Notes under the pieces: generated by a model
Databases searched by the model: none
Told to the model about the DNA's origin: nothing
The model's input: the letters and a program-made list of their open reading frames with translations, nothing else
Part shown: positions 1 through 9,641 of the stretch, piece by piece
Layout: the number at the start of each line of letters is the position of its first letter
Position numbering within the stretch: position 1 is the stretch's first letter
Virus record (IMG/VR): IMGVR_UViG_3300018910_000004
Coordinates: 1-40,999 of that record
From: a virus
DNA: 40,999 nucleotides
Reading direction: 5' to 3' (one strand)
Position numbers and translations under genes: made by a program

Positions 1-127
1 CTTTATTTGCAGCCTGTTTTAAAATCTCTACATCATTTAACGCATCATCATATGATTTACCTGCCTGCTTTGCTAGCTTATCTACCCATGTTTTAAATAC
101 AGATAACTTAGATGTTTCCTCAGTTAC
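1..127. repeat. Terminal direct repeat, left copy; exact copy of 40873..40999
   Basis: Hand alignment shows 1..127 equals 40873..40999 with no mismatch. This implies a closed or circularly permuted unit of 40,872 bp. Confidence 0.9.
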
Positions 128-1786
128 TTTCTGAAAATTTCTTATACCATTATTAAACTTTGTACCAATAGATCTAATACCTGTCTTTTGTCCAAACCCA
201 GCTTCATTTAAAAATTCATCTAATGATTCATAAAAATTATTACGTTTAATAAGTCCAACCTTTTCAGCAGCGTTTACGATAGTCTGATCACCTTTACCTC
301 TATATTGTTTAATAGCACGTACATAATCCACAATCGTACGAGGTATTCCCCGACCTGTGGACATATCTGATAATATTTGGTTAGACATTAAGTTTCTAAT
401 ATGATATGCCGGATTATAAATTGTTTTAGCAGCTTTCCAATAATTAAGTGCTTTATCCATACGGTCGCTTTTGGAAACACTAACACTGCGATTAATATAG
501 TCAATAATTTCAGACGGCATTTTATACCCTCTAAAAACAGTTGCTACTTTTTCATTATTTATTAATCTATGGGCACTCTCCTCTGATCCTTTCTTAACTT
601 TAGTTCCAAATCTCTTTACCAATTCCAAATATCCCTTTTTCGCTTCAATGTCTTTCATTTCTGTTCCTATTCCTTTAAATACGGCTGGCGCATATTCCTG
701 AATATATCCTTCTTTTCCTTTTCGCTTTTCAAAGAACTTGCCTGATATTTGAGGAGCGGTTTTACGAACATTTGAAAATATACTTTCTATCTTCTCAGGA
801 TTAAAAAACGTATGAGGCATATATCCATCCTTAAATTTATCCAATGTTTCCTGCTTTAATAGTTTGGCTTCTTTCGCCTCTTCTCCGACTTTCTTTATAA
901 TGGGTCGTATTTCATTTACAATATCAATAAGTTTTTGATTAATAGGAGTAGCCTTACCTTCCAAAGCTGCACCCACTGCTTGCTGCTCTCCGGAATTTAA
1001 TCCTTTAGAGGTTCTCTTAATCACGTTATATAAATCATTTACTCGTTGACCTGCCGTATCCTCAACTCCCTGCAAAATCTTCCCTGCTTCTTTATTTCTA
1101 AAATATGGATTAACCCATTCAATAGGCTTATACACAGCAGGGGTTGATTTAGCGGCATTCGAAATATTAGCTGCTGCTTTTGAAGCGCTGTTTACAACAC
1201 TAGGCGCTATCGTCTTAACTAGAGAACTACCTTTTGAAATAGCTGCCCCAATAGGAAGATTAGGAGCCAATAAACTTGCACCAAAATTAAGAGCTGTTTG
1301 TCCGGCTTTATTCTTTACTCCAAAATAATCTCCTGCTAAATTGTAGTCACCAGGAGCTGCCGATATAGCACGACGATTTGCAACGCCCTGCGGAACATTT
1401 TTAATACCTTCTTTTAATTCAGTTAACTGTCCTTTCAAAAATCCTACACCTCGTGAAGTCTTATCATAATATCCTTCTTGTTTATGTTGCTCAGCTTTTT
1501 TAGCCGCACCTTGTAACAATCCTGCAGTTGCATAATAAGGAGTACTTATGACATCAATCGCTTTCTGTAAAATATTCCCCGACATATATTTACCATGAGG
1601 ATTAGGAGTAGGCTTATATGGATCTGCTGCAGGTAAAGGCTGAGCTTGTTTAACAGGTACGGGTACAGGTTTTGCAGCAACAGGCTTTGGCATAACAACG
1701 GGTTTATTCTGCTGAGGCACAGCAGGAGTAGGCGCTGCCGCCTGTGCTCCATATAACTTTCCCGGTGTGTAATATGAACTTTTCAT
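1..1786 (-). CDS. Large virion-associated protein, N-terminal part. The ORF runs off the left edge and continues at 40999..40094, about 854 aa in total.
   Basis: Absent from the ORF track because there is no stop on this side of the window. I translated the minus strand from ATG 1786..1784 (TAATG overlap with the stop of 1786..4974) down to base 2 and met no stop: MKSSYYTPGKLYGAQAAAPTPAVPQQNKP... The frame joins the 40094..40822 ORF exactly through the repeat. Confidence 0.75.
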   Translation of the reverse strand, partial: MKSSYYTPGKLYGAQAAAPTPAVPQQNKPVVMPKPVAAKPVPVPVKQAQPLPAADPYKPTPNPHGKYMSGNILQKAIDVISTPYYATAGLLQGAAKKAEQHKQEGYYDKTSRGVGFLKGQLTELKEGIKNVPQGVANRRAISAAPGDYNLAGDYFGVKNKAGQTALNFGASLLAPNLPIGAAISKGSSLVKTIAPSVVNSASKAAANISNAAKSTPAVYKPIEWVNPYFRNKEAGKILQGVEDTAGQRVNDLYNVIKRTSKGLNSGEQQAVGAALEGKATPINQKLIDIVNEIRPIIKKVGEEAKEAKLLKQETLDKFKDGYMPHTFFNPEKIESIFSNVRKTAPQISGKFFEKRKGKEGYIQEYAPAVFKGIGTEMKDIEAKKGYLELVKRFGTKVKKGSEESAHRLINNEKVATVFRGYKMPSEIIDYINRSVSVSKSDRMDKALNYWKAAKTIYNPAYHIRNLMSNQILSDMSTGRGIPRTIVDYVRAIKQYRGKGDQTIVNAAEKVGLIKRNNFYESLDEFLNEAGFGQKTGIRSIGTKFNNGIRNFQKVTEETSKLSVFKTWVDKLAKQAGKSYDDALNDVEILKQAANK

Positions 1787-4700
1787 TATTTCTTCTTTTT
1801 AAATGGATTCAAATTCTGTAAAAAGTTTCCAACATTTTGAGCTGCTTGTTGTACGGTCTTTACAATATTTGCCGGCGCTTGCTGCACTGCTTTCACTGCC
1901 TGCTGTACAGGAGCAGGAGGCTTATATGTAGGTATCGTAATCTTAGGCGCTGTAAACTGAGGAATCGTAATCTTAGGCATTTGTATAATAGGTTTACTTA
2001 CCGGATTTAATGGTTTCACTGTATCTTGAATTGGAACTCCTGTTGGTCGTGGAGTTGACGTAGGTAATGGCTGCACATCACGCGCAGGAGTATAGGTTGG
2101 TGATGGTGTGTCATAAGCTGACGCCACCTTAGCAGTCTGGCTTGTTTGTGAACGAATAACCGCACCATTTGATGTAGTTGTCTTTGGTTGTTGAATAGGC
2201 GTGGGTGAGAGCTGGGGTTTATTAATTGGTTTACCAGCAGCTTGTACTCCTTTCACAACAGGAAGATTATTATTAGATAACATATTCAAATACTTAGTAG
2301 CGGTTTGCGCAATCATTTGTCCTTTGTTGTCAGGGTTAACGGGTCGGCGTGCTCCAACAAAGTCACCTTTACTTGCAAGATCAAGAACTCCTCTATCTTT
2401 TGCAAACTGCACAGCTATCTTAGCGGCAATCTTTGGATCATTGGCAAGTTCGGGATTCTTGACTAAATCAACACCGATTTTTTTACTCATATCAGCATAA
2501 TTATAATCGTGGGTTAATTGGATATATCCTCGACCGAAATAATCTTCTCCTCCTGAATAACCTCTCTTTCGAGCTTCGGATCTTCCCGTAAATCCGGGTT
2601 GGTATCCATATTTTTCATCGTTATAATATCCTTCATTAACCGGCTTAAAAGAATTTGCGGTTTCATGCTGAATAGTTGCCAGCATATACGCCAAATTTTT
2701 AGGATTATATTGTCCTTGAGCTTTTAATTCATTCGTTAATGTACGTACTAATTCCTCAGGTACTCCTGTAACTGTTGGCGCCACGTTTGAAGGCTGCGAT
2801 TTGAGAGGTGCTTCCGCTGCTGCAACCGGCTTAATAATTTTGTTACCTATATTACCAAATGCACTTTGTATCCCCTGAAGAACCGGATTACTACCCTGCT
2901 TGGTGGGCTGAACTACATTTGGAGGAGTACTCTTATTAAATCCGGGTAATACGCTGTGAATGAAATTGGTAGCATTCGATACAGCTTTAGCAACCTCGGT
3001 GCTGACTTTATTGCCGATTGTGTTTTTATCAGTGAATGGATTGCTAAAGTTGTAACGTATATCACTAATTTGTTTTATAATACCCGGAGACTTTATCTCT
3101 GCCTGTCGTGGTTTATATATTAAATCAGCTCCGCCTTCTGCCGGCACAAACATATTCTTACTCTTTTTGACAAACTCTTCCGTCTGAGGTATATATTCTT
3201 TACCACCACCGGGTCTTGTTACTTCTAATATCTTTACCCGTTTTGCTGATCCATCTGCACCTATATAAAAAGGCTGATTTCCTTTTTGTCCTGCAATACG
3301 CTTAGGATCTTTAACAGAAATTTCTTGTCCCGTGACCGGATCAATTTGAGTAGGATATTGAATCTTTGCATATACACTACCGTCTTTCACATAGTTATTC
3401 TTAAATGTTCCCTTCATTTTTTCCTCTGATACATCCATAAGTGATATGTCACCTTTTTTCATCGCTTTACCTGAAATATTATTTAACGTACCATCACGAT
3501 CAATACGTATAAGCTCAAACCCTTGACCCATGGAATCAATAGTTTTTTTAATAAATTCATCTTTTCTTTTAAGATCAGGTATCTTATTAACACCATCAAT
3601 TAATGCACGATGAATAACGGCTGGTCTGGTTCCTGATAATTCAGCTACTGTTTGCTCAATTTGGTCAGCCCTATCATGATCATCAAATTGACGATAGCCA
3701 GTTGCCTCATCGGTATGTAAGGCAATACGAGCTCCTGTTAAATTAGCCGCTTCAAATAAATATTTTTCTTTTGTTATTTTCCCAGCCCGTAGATCATTCT
3801 CCAATTTCTTTTCTTCTAAATCTATTGCCCGCTTCTCGGAACTCACTGTTGATTTGAATGTACTAAAAGCAGCTTTTGACTGCATTTCCTGAATACGACC
3901 TACTTTATCCTGAATATTCTGATATTCACGCTCAACCGAATTATCAATTTCAGATAAGCTGCTTACCAAATTATTACGAGCAATAGTAAGCGACGTTCTC
4001 TGATCACCATCGGCTTGGGCAATAGCTTTATCATAGGTTGCAATCATTGCCTGTTTATCAGCTCTTGATGCCGCTAATCTATCCAATGTTTTTTGAGAAT
4101 TGTCTAATGCCTCAAAAGCATTTCGTATAGCAGCATTTGATCCGCCTGAATAAATAGCTTTTGAAACAGGAGTAGTACCACGGGTTGTAGCTCCTCCCGC
4201 GCCGCCGACACCTGCAGTCGGAGCCGAAGGAGCACGCCCCCCGCCAATCAGTTGATTGTATAATTGCCCGCCAGCCTCAGCGCTCGGTACACCTTGACCT
4301 CCGGGCAATGTTTCAGATACTGATTGTCGTGTATTAGTGATAAGATCATTTATATCAGCTCTTTTAGCTGCATCCAAATAATTTTGTTTGCTGGTTGCCA
4401 AAGTATCAGCGGTTTGATTGTCTCCATCAATACGAGCTTGATTTTCAAGCCGCTCATAGAGTCGAGCTTTTTCTCTCAGAGTTGCAGAGGAGTCATCCGG
4501 CATTTTGGCAATCCTCAGACTTTCCTGTACTCGATATGCTGTTCGTGCTTCACGTTCTGCTTTATCGGTTAATTCCTGTACTTTCCTTGATTGATTTTGG
4601 TATGCAACAGTATCAGTCTCAGGTATTCTTTCTAACTTACCCTGCTCATATTCTAATACTTCACTTGTTGATATTTTCCCACTTGAATATAGGGTATCAA

Positions 4701-4974
4701 CTTTAGCATCATTAACTTTGTCCGTTACGTTGCGAGATTTTTCTTGTAGATTAACAACTTGAAGAGGTGTCAATCCTGGGCGTACTAACCTGTTATTAAT
4801 ATGCGATAAATAAGTTTCCGCAGATATTTGTCCCTCACTATATTGATTGTCTATTATGGCATCCTCAGCTGCCTGCTGTTTTTTGGCGAGTGACGACGCA
4901 AAGGAAGAGAACCCGCTTGAAGATCCGGCTAGTGAAGGTCGACTAATTGATTTGTAGCTTCTAAGTTTTGCCAT
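1786..4974 (-). CDS. 1062-aa virion protein with a GH19 (chitinase/lysozyme-like) domain, a coiled-coil N-terminal half and a P/T/Q-rich C-terminal tail
   Basis: GH19-like signature YFGRGYIQLTHDYNY followed by NPELANDPKIAAKIAVQFA. Lies directly downstream of the portal gene in the structural operon. Confidence 0.7.
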   Translation of the reverse strand: MAKLRSYKSISRPSLAGSSSGFSSFASSLAKKQQAAEDAIIDNQYSEGQISAETYLSHINNRLVRPGLTPLQVVNLQEKSRNVTDKVNDAKVDTLYSSGKISTSEVLEYEQGKLERIPETDTVAYQNQSRKVQELTDKAEREARTAYRVQESLRIAKMPDDSSATLREKARLYERLENQARIDGDNQTADTLATSKQNYLDAAKRADINDLITNTRQSVSETLPGGQGVPSAEAGGQLYNQLIGGGRAPSAPTAGVGGAGGATTRGTTPVSKAIYSGGSNAAIRNAFEALDNSQKTLDRLAASRADKQAMIATYDKAIAQADGDQRTSLTIARNNLVSSLSEIDNSVEREYQNIQDKVGRIQEMQSKAAFSTFKSTVSSEKRAIDLEEKKLENDLRAGKITKEKYLFEAANLTGARIALHTDEATGYRQFDDHDRADQIEQTVAELSGTRPAVIHRALIDGVNKIPDLKRKDEFIKKTIDSMGQGFELIRIDRDGTLNNISGKAMKKGDISLMDVSEEKMKGTFKNNYVKDGSVYAKIQYPTQIDPVTGQEISVKDPKRIAGQKGNQPFYIGADGSAKRVKILEVTRPGGGKEYIPQTEEFVKKSKNMFVPAEGGADLIYKPRQAEIKSPGIIKQISDIRYNFSNPFTDKNTIGNKVSTEVAKAVSNATNFIHSVLPGFNKSTPPNVVQPTKQGSNPVLQGIQSAFGNIGNKIIKPVAAAEAPLKSQPSNVAPTVTGVPEELVRTLTNELKAQGQYNPKNLAYMLATIQHETANSFKPVNEGYYNDEKYGYQPGFTGRSEARKRGYSGGEDYFGRGYIQLTHDYNYADMSKKIGVDLVKNPELANDPKIAAKIAVQFAKDRGVLDLASKGDFVGARRPVNPDNKGQMIAQTATKYLNMLSNNNLPVVKGVQAAGKPINKPQLSPTPIQQPKTTTSNGAVIRSQTSQTAKVASAYDTPSPTYTPARDVQPLPTSTPRPTGVPIQDTVKPLNPVSKPIIQMPKITIPQFTAPKITIPTYKPPAPVQQAVKAVQQAPANIVKTVQQAAQNVGNFLQNLNPFKKKK

Positions 4975-4978
4975 TGTT

Positions 4979-6880
4979 TCATATGCCTGCTTTTGCGTTC
5001 ATGTTTTGTGTCGCTTGTGCGACATTCCCCGCCAGACTCGCAGTTTGTCCAGTGGGTGTTCCACCTGCGGACGGTATTCCGCGTCTATCATTTTGTTCAG
5101 GTGTCAAAAGAGGTGGTGTGCTTTTGGGTGTTGCGCCTTCTACCATTTGCTCCATTTGTCCCATAGCTTCTCCTCGTGCTTCTTCCTGTTGACGAGCTGC
5201 ATCAACTTGGGCTTTAACCACACCTGGTGCAAACTGAGTAAACTTTTCTCGAATGGTCATCATATCAGCATCTTGTACTTCTTTCTTTAATTTCTTTATT
5301 TCCTCACCTGGATTGGAGAATCCAGCTTCTTCTAAGTAAGTGGATAAAGATATAGCGCCTCTGTCTCGAAGAGTTGACGCATCAACGACTTTATCAGACC
5401 TTGAAAGTGGTAGTACATTTTCCCAATCAAATTCTATATTACGAATAATCAGATTTCCTTCTGTTACCTCACCTGTCACAGGATCAGTTATATGTTCTCT
5501 CATAAAGGCATGAGTTTCCGGAAAGTAATCAATAAAATATTGCTGGATCATATTAATCATTTGTTCTAATACTATTTCCCACTGGATACGAAGATCTGTC
5601 ACAAGATCAATAAATGGCTGGTATTGAATAGCACCAACCCGTCCAGTGTAAGGAGCAGTCCCTGACGCCAATGCAATTTTTGGAATACCGATATTAAACA
5701 TATGCTCAAGCATTCGGTTAATATATTCAGCACTAGGAAACGGAGTAATTGTCATTTGAAGTGGTCTAAAATCTGCATTCTCACCTTCAATAAATATGAC
5801 TTGTCCACTTCCCGGTTTTATAGAATCAGCATCAAAATCCGGCATGTTGATAGCCACGAATTTCATGTGAGCACCGATACGAATAAGATCTCCTTCTTCT
5901 CCCGATCTGTCATTTAGCTCAACTTGTGGATCAATAAGAGGGTCAATAAATGAAATACTCCATGGTTTACCTGCTGTCCCAAATGAGTGTCCGACAAAGG
6001 AGGGAATCTCTTTGTAATCTGTCACGATAAACTGTTTTAATTCCCGATTTATATATATGGCATTAATAACTTTTGTTTTATTATCAATAACTTCATATCC
6101 CCAATAATCAACGACTTCTCCTTTTGGTAAATTATTTTTCCCGGAGGGAATGGAAGACATGGCTGTTCCACCTCCTGCAAACAATCCATACTGATCATTG
6201 TTATGATTTCCTTTTTCAGTGCTCGTTGACTGCATTGTCGGATCAGAATACGTATCAGCGTCATAATTAAATTCACGTTTTATTTTAGCCAAACTCCACA
6301 TATCAGAATAGGCAATAAAAGAAAATGAAGAACCGGCAGCATCATCCCAGCCGACCATGACTTTCAGTAAATTCTCAACCTGCTGTATGGCAATATGTTT
6401 TCCTTTTTCATCATCCTTGACAACTTTACAGTTTAATACAAAGTCACCATCTCTGATTTGATTTATAGCACATCGTTTGAATACAACTTTGTAAAACTGA
6501 TTGTCTGATAGGACTTTTGAAATAGCTTTCTCAACAGCTTCGGCTCGTGCTGTTTCTATTTCGTCTGACTCATCACTGGCTTTTATTTTTATACGAGGAA
6601 TAGAATTAGTAAGGGCTTGATGAACTTTTGTGGCGAAGCGATAAATGTAATTTAAGACAACAAGGATATGACCTTCTTGAGATTTCATTCTTTGACCTTG
6701 TACGTTTGTCCATTTGTGATGACGACCCTCAAAAAAATCCTGACGCTTATTAATAATAACTTCACGCTCTCCAATTTCTTCTTTCATTTGACCAAGATTT
6801 TGAAGAATACGATCACTTATTTCGTCCCTCTTTTTTTCCGGAACTGAATCGTCAATGATGAATGTGCCTTTATTTGCCAT
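4979..6880 (-). CDS. Portal protein (633 aa)
   Basis: Size and position immediately after the large terminase. Disordered acidic and Gly/Pro-rich C-terminus as in many portals. No motif-level proof. Confidence 0.7.
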   Translation of the reverse strand: MANKGTFIIDDSVPEKKRDEISDRILQNLGQMKEEIGEREVIINKRQDFFEGRHHKWTNVQGQRMKSQEGHILVVLNYIYRFATKVHQALTNSIPRIKIKASDESDEIETARAEAVEKAISKVLSDNQFYKVVFKRCAINQIRDGDFVLNCKVVKDDEKGKHIAIQQVENLLKVMVGWDDAAGSSFSFIAYSDMWSLAKIKREFNYDADTYSDPTMQSTSTEKGNHNNDQYGLFAGGGTAMSSIPSGKNNLPKGEVVDYWGYEVIDNKTKVINAIYINRELKQFIVTDYKEIPSFVGHSFGTAGKPWSISFIDPLIDPQVELNDRSGEEGDLIRIGAHMKFVAINMPDFDADSIKPGSGQVIFIEGENADFRPLQMTITPFPSAEYINRMLEHMFNIGIPKIALASGTAPYTGRVGAIQYQPFIDLVTDLRIQWEIVLEQMINMIQQYFIDYFPETHAFMREHITDPVTGEVTEGNLIIRNIEFDWENVLPLSRSDKVVDASTLRDRGAISLSTYLEEAGFSNPGEEIKKLKKEVQDADMMTIREKFTQFAPGVVKAQVDAARQQEEARGEAMGQMEQMVEGATPKSTPPLLTPEQNDRRGIPSAGGTPTGQTASLAGNVAQATQNMNAKAGI

Positions 6881-6888
6881 ATAGTTCT

Positions 6889-6918
6889 AGTATGCAACGC
6901 CCGGTATTCTTCTGTCAA
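6889..6918 (-). promoter_or_regulatory. Candidate sigma-70 promoter in the terL-portal gap
   Basis: Minus strand reads TTGACA (6918..6913), 18 nt, CATACT (6894..6889), 8 nt, then the portal ATG at 6880. Confidence 0.35.
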
Positions 6919-6925
6919 GAAGATA

Positions 6926-8518
6926 TCAAACGAACGAGAAACCTTGGTTGCTTTGATAATTAAAATCAACTGCTTTTGTGTGTACCAGCTTTGGTGCTCG
7001 AGCTTCGATATAATGAAGCGCCATAGCAAATGACGAGAATTGATCCTGTTTTAATTTGTCATCGTCACGACTGGCTACTTCCATTTGTCGTTTCAATTCT
7101 TTGCAGCCAATACTAGCTCTGACGCCTCCCCAATTTGGATTTTTGTCTACCCGTTCACCTTTTTCGTTTATAACAAATTCACGATTTCGCCCGAGGACTT
7201 CCTTGACCTTCATAAACATTTCAGCTTTTATCTCAGCGTACGACCTGCCTTTCGGCGGAAACGGCAATCCGTTTAAATCTTTAAAAGCCTCACCTGCATT
7301 TTTTCCACCTAACGACCCAGCATCGTAAATAAACTTTGTCCTATTCGGGCTTACTCGTTTAAATTTCAGATAATATTCCTTGATGATCTGGTATTGAACT
7401 GACAGGGGCAGTGTATTTCCCCGCCATGCTTTATGAAACACCACCTGATGAGGTGCATATTCAACCCTTCCAAATTCATCTTTACTCCTCAAGATATTAT
7501 ACCGGATACACGTAATACTTGTCTCGTCTTTTGCAGCCGCCAGGTCTGTCGCAAATGCGTAATATGCTCCCTCAACCGGAGCTTGCGTAAATCCGGAATC
7601 AGGATCATAGGGCATTTCAGTTCTAAACATTTGTTTTACCTCGTCCCAACTGTACAAATGCTCAGTGTAGTCAACATAGAGTCCGTAAATAATCTGCTTT
7701 CGAAGTTCAGGATCAGCAGTATTTTCAATTTCCTGTATATGCTCTTTCGGCATAAAGTCGTTTGTATAGACTGACGCCATTTCAGGATTTGTTTTAGCAG
7801 ATAAAATAAAATAATTACTTTTGTCTCCTTTTTCAACCATGTCTTTTTCAGCAATCTCTGCAATCTCTTCGTACTCCAAACCCTTAGGCTGGCTCGTTCC
7901 TGATAAATGAATCGGGGCTTTGAAGAAAAAGGTACGAGGGAGTAACGTTCCATTTAAGAATAACTGCATTTCCGGTATGTCTCCGCATTCGTCTCCTGAG
8001 ACATAGGCAAGTCGCAGACGTTTAAACGCCTCTCCTAATCCGTCGTACGAGCGGATCAACGTTTCGGTATGATTAAACCAGATAATTTTTGGCGGTTTAG
8101 GCATATCCCAAATGTCAGTGATCGCCCAGCCTGCAAGCATTGACTTGTTAAACGAACCATTGGGCAGCAAATATCTTCCTTCCGTTATATCAATCACCGC
8201 TTCCATAACTCCTTTTGCAACTTCATACGTTTTTCCGAAATTAAGAGTCAAGTATCTCATACGATACCAGGTCTGAAAGTCTACGTTAAACCGGTCAAGT
8301 CCGGGTTTGCACATAGCCTGAAAGATATGAAAGATTGCAGTACCCGTTGTTTTTCCCCACTGGTTTGCCGGCTTTAAAATGTTAATCATTTTCCATGCAT
8401 TCTGCAGCCAGTACTCCTGACCACTGTGAAGTGGAATACCAAGAATGGTATTGGCAAACTCAACAATGTTGCGCTTTTTAAACGCTGTCTGTAAGACGTA
8501 AGGATTGATCTGGCTCAT
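6926..8518 (-). CDS. terL: Terminase large subunit (530 aa)
   Basis: Walker A-like NQWGKTTGT and Walker B-like LAYVSGDECGD, with a C-terminal nuclease-like half. GGAG lies 9 nt upstream of the ATG. Overlaps the terS 3' end by 41 nt. Confidence 0.85.
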   Translation of the reverse strand: MSQINPYVLQTAFKKRNIVEFANTILGIPLHSGQEYWLQNAWKMINILKPANQWGKTTGTAIFHIFQAMCKPGLDRFNVDFQTWYRMRYLTLNFGKTYEVAKGVMEAVIDITEGRYLLPNGSFNKSMLAGWAITDIWDMPKPPKIIWFNHTETLIRSYDGLGEAFKRLRLAYVSGDECGDIPEMQLFLNGTLLPRTFFFKAPIHLSGTSQPKGLEYEEIAEIAEKDMVEKGDKSNYFILSAKTNPEMASVYTNDFMPKEHIQEIENTADPELRKQIIYGLYVDYTEHLYSWDEVKQMFRTEMPYDPDSGFTQAPVEGAYYAFATDLAAAKDETSITCIRYNILRSKDEFGRVEYAPHQVVFHKAWRGNTLPLSVQYQIIKEYYLKFKRVSPNRTKFIYDAGSLGGKNAGEAFKDLNGLPFPPKGRSYAEIKAEMFMKVKEVLGRNREFVINEKGERVDKNPNWGGVRASIGCKELKRQMEVASRDDDKLKQDQFSSFAMALHYIEARAPKLVHTKAVDFNYQSNQGFSFV

Positions 8519-9098
8519 CTAAGATTTCTCCATCCTCAGTTTCTGAGGAAAAATTATAACCACACTGCGGACACTCACGGGGCGGCAATTTCCCCGCAAA
8601 CATTTTTCCGATTAATTCTTTTGCCCATGATTCCTTAATTTTATTTTCTTCCTGTTTTGCTTTTAAAAGTTCTACCCGGAAAAAGTCTAAGAACTTAAAG
8701 TCGTCAGGATTCTTTAACATTTTTTCAAATACTCGTCTTGCTATAAGCGTTCTCATTTCGTCAATCCCAACTTTCCCTTGTTCTATCCGATCAAGCAATG
8801 CTTCCTCTTCTGCTGTTAATTCCTTTTCCTCTTTTACCGGTTTCCCCCACCTCCCCATTTTTACAGGCGCCGGATTTAAGGATTTCTTTCTTCCTGGTTT
8901 TAATGATTGTTGAAACGCAGTCTCTGAAGCAGTTGACCTCTGCACAGCCTTCTGTAATCTAGTATACAAACCAATAAAGGACATGCCAACTTGTTCATGA
9001 TATTTGGTTGCAGTAACCCGAGCCCCATAAGCCGCCGCCTCTTGTTCAATTTTAACTCTCAGTAATGGATCTAGTAATGAATATTTAGGAGTAAACAT
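8478..9098 (-). CDS. terS: Terminase small subunit candidate (206 aa) with a C-terminal CPQCGYNF zinc-ribbon-like motif
   Basis: First gene of the late arm, immediately upstream of terL and overlapping it. Helical, basic N-terminal half. Confidence 0.55.
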   Translation of the reverse strand: MFTPKYSLLDPLLRVKIEQEAAAYGARVTATKYHEQVGMSFIGLYTRLQKAVQRSTASETAFQQSLKPGRKKSLNPAPVKMGRWGKPVKEEKELTAEEEALLDRIEQGKVGIDEMRTLIARRVFEKMLKNPDDFKFLDFFRVELLKAKQEENKIKESWAKELIGKMFAGKLPPRECPQCGYNFSSETEDGEILDEPDQSLRLTDSV

Positions 9099-9106
9099 AT
9101 TCTAAA

Positions 9107-9135
9107 TATTTAACATATTTTGTATTTTTATTCAA
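9107..9135 (-). promoter_or_regulatory. Weak candidate promoter for the terS/late arm
   Basis: Minus strand reads TTGAAT (9135..9130), 17 nt, TAAATA (9112..9107), 8 nt, then the terS ATG at 9098. The -10 is poor. Confidence 0.25.
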
Positions 9136-9239
9136 GTATGGTTATTATTTCGGGAACTATAGTCCTAAGTTGTATAAGGGTGTTAACATATATCTAACCT
9201 TACTTTTGAACTAATTGGACTACTAGTACCCTAGTACTA

Positions 9240-9480
9240 GAATAATTGGGAATAAGAATAAATATATTATTAAATAAGTATAGTTCTAATACTATACTAT
9301 TCTTTATCTTAGAATAAGAATATAAATAAGAATTAGAAGTAAGTAAGAACTATACCCTATTCATACCCTTATTAGATTCTTTATTAGTTCTTATTCTTAT
9401 TATCATTCTTATATCATTATTATTCTTTATCTTATTCTATTACTCTAACCTATTCTATTATTATTCTTATTCTTTAAATA
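9240..9480. repeat. Iteron-like array of a 9-mer, AATAAGAAT and its complement ATTCTTATT, arranged as an imperfect dyad
   Basis: Forward copies at 9251, 9313 and 9325. Reverse copies at 9393, 9405 (8 of 9) and 9463, plus ATTCT(T)TAT variants. A 14-nt direct repeat TATTCTTTATCTTA occurs at 9298..9311 and 9421..9434. ATACCCT occurs twice at the centre (9352 and 9364). Confidence 0.7.
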
Positions 9481-9508
9481 GTACTGTTACTATTACTATT
9501 ATACCGGT

Positions 9509-9600
9509 GGATATATACGCCTATGTATATTGTTAATTGCATATACATATATAGATATATCCGTGAGCTTGTGTAATAGCGTGCTCATATATATACGTTA
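9509..9600. repeat. (AT)n-rich block with short inverted and direct repeats, resembling a DNA-unwinding element
   Basis: GGATATAT (9509..9516) is inverted at ATATATCC (9555..9562). ATATATACG is a direct repeat at 9511..9519 and 9589..9597. Confidence 0.5.
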
Positions 9601-9612
9601 TATATTTACTAC

Positions 9613-9641
9613 TTGACAAATAACGTAGTATAGTGTATCAT
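9613..9641 (+). promoter_or_regulatory. Early sigma-70-type promoter
   Basis: TTGACA (9613..9618), 17 nt, TATCAT (9636..9641). The flank ACTTGACAAATAACG is shared with other promoters in the window. Confidence 0.65.

Noticed and set aside
1-127. The 127-bp end duplication read as a biological direct terminal repeat
   Set aside because: The repeat lies inside a continuous ORF, and its length matches a common maximum assembler k-mer. An assembly closure overlap is the simpler explanation. This needs read-level confirmation.
1546-1752. 68-aa track ORF (MEHRRQRLLLLCL...)
   Set aside because: It lies out of frame inside the N-terminus of the junction-spanning 854-aa ORF, with a Leu-rich low-complexity product and no RBS.
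2201-5290. Plus-strand track ORFs 2201..2500, 4324..4572, 4395..4706, 4968..5192 and 5006..5290
   Set aside because: They are antisense shadows inside the long minus-strand GH19 and portal genes. Their products are Cys/Leu/Ser/Phe-rich and no start signals are present.
5702-7953. Short ORFs 5702..5917, 6049..6276, 6817..7029, 7056..7328, 7085..7276, 7433..7774 and 7636..7953
   Set aside because: All are nested within or antisense to portal or terL, in alternative frames with non-protein-like composition.
9240-9480. Possible CRISPR array in the repeat-rich intergenic region
   Set aside because: The repeats are only 8 to 14 nt, irregularly spaced and present in both orientations. There are no spacers of uniform length and no cas genes.
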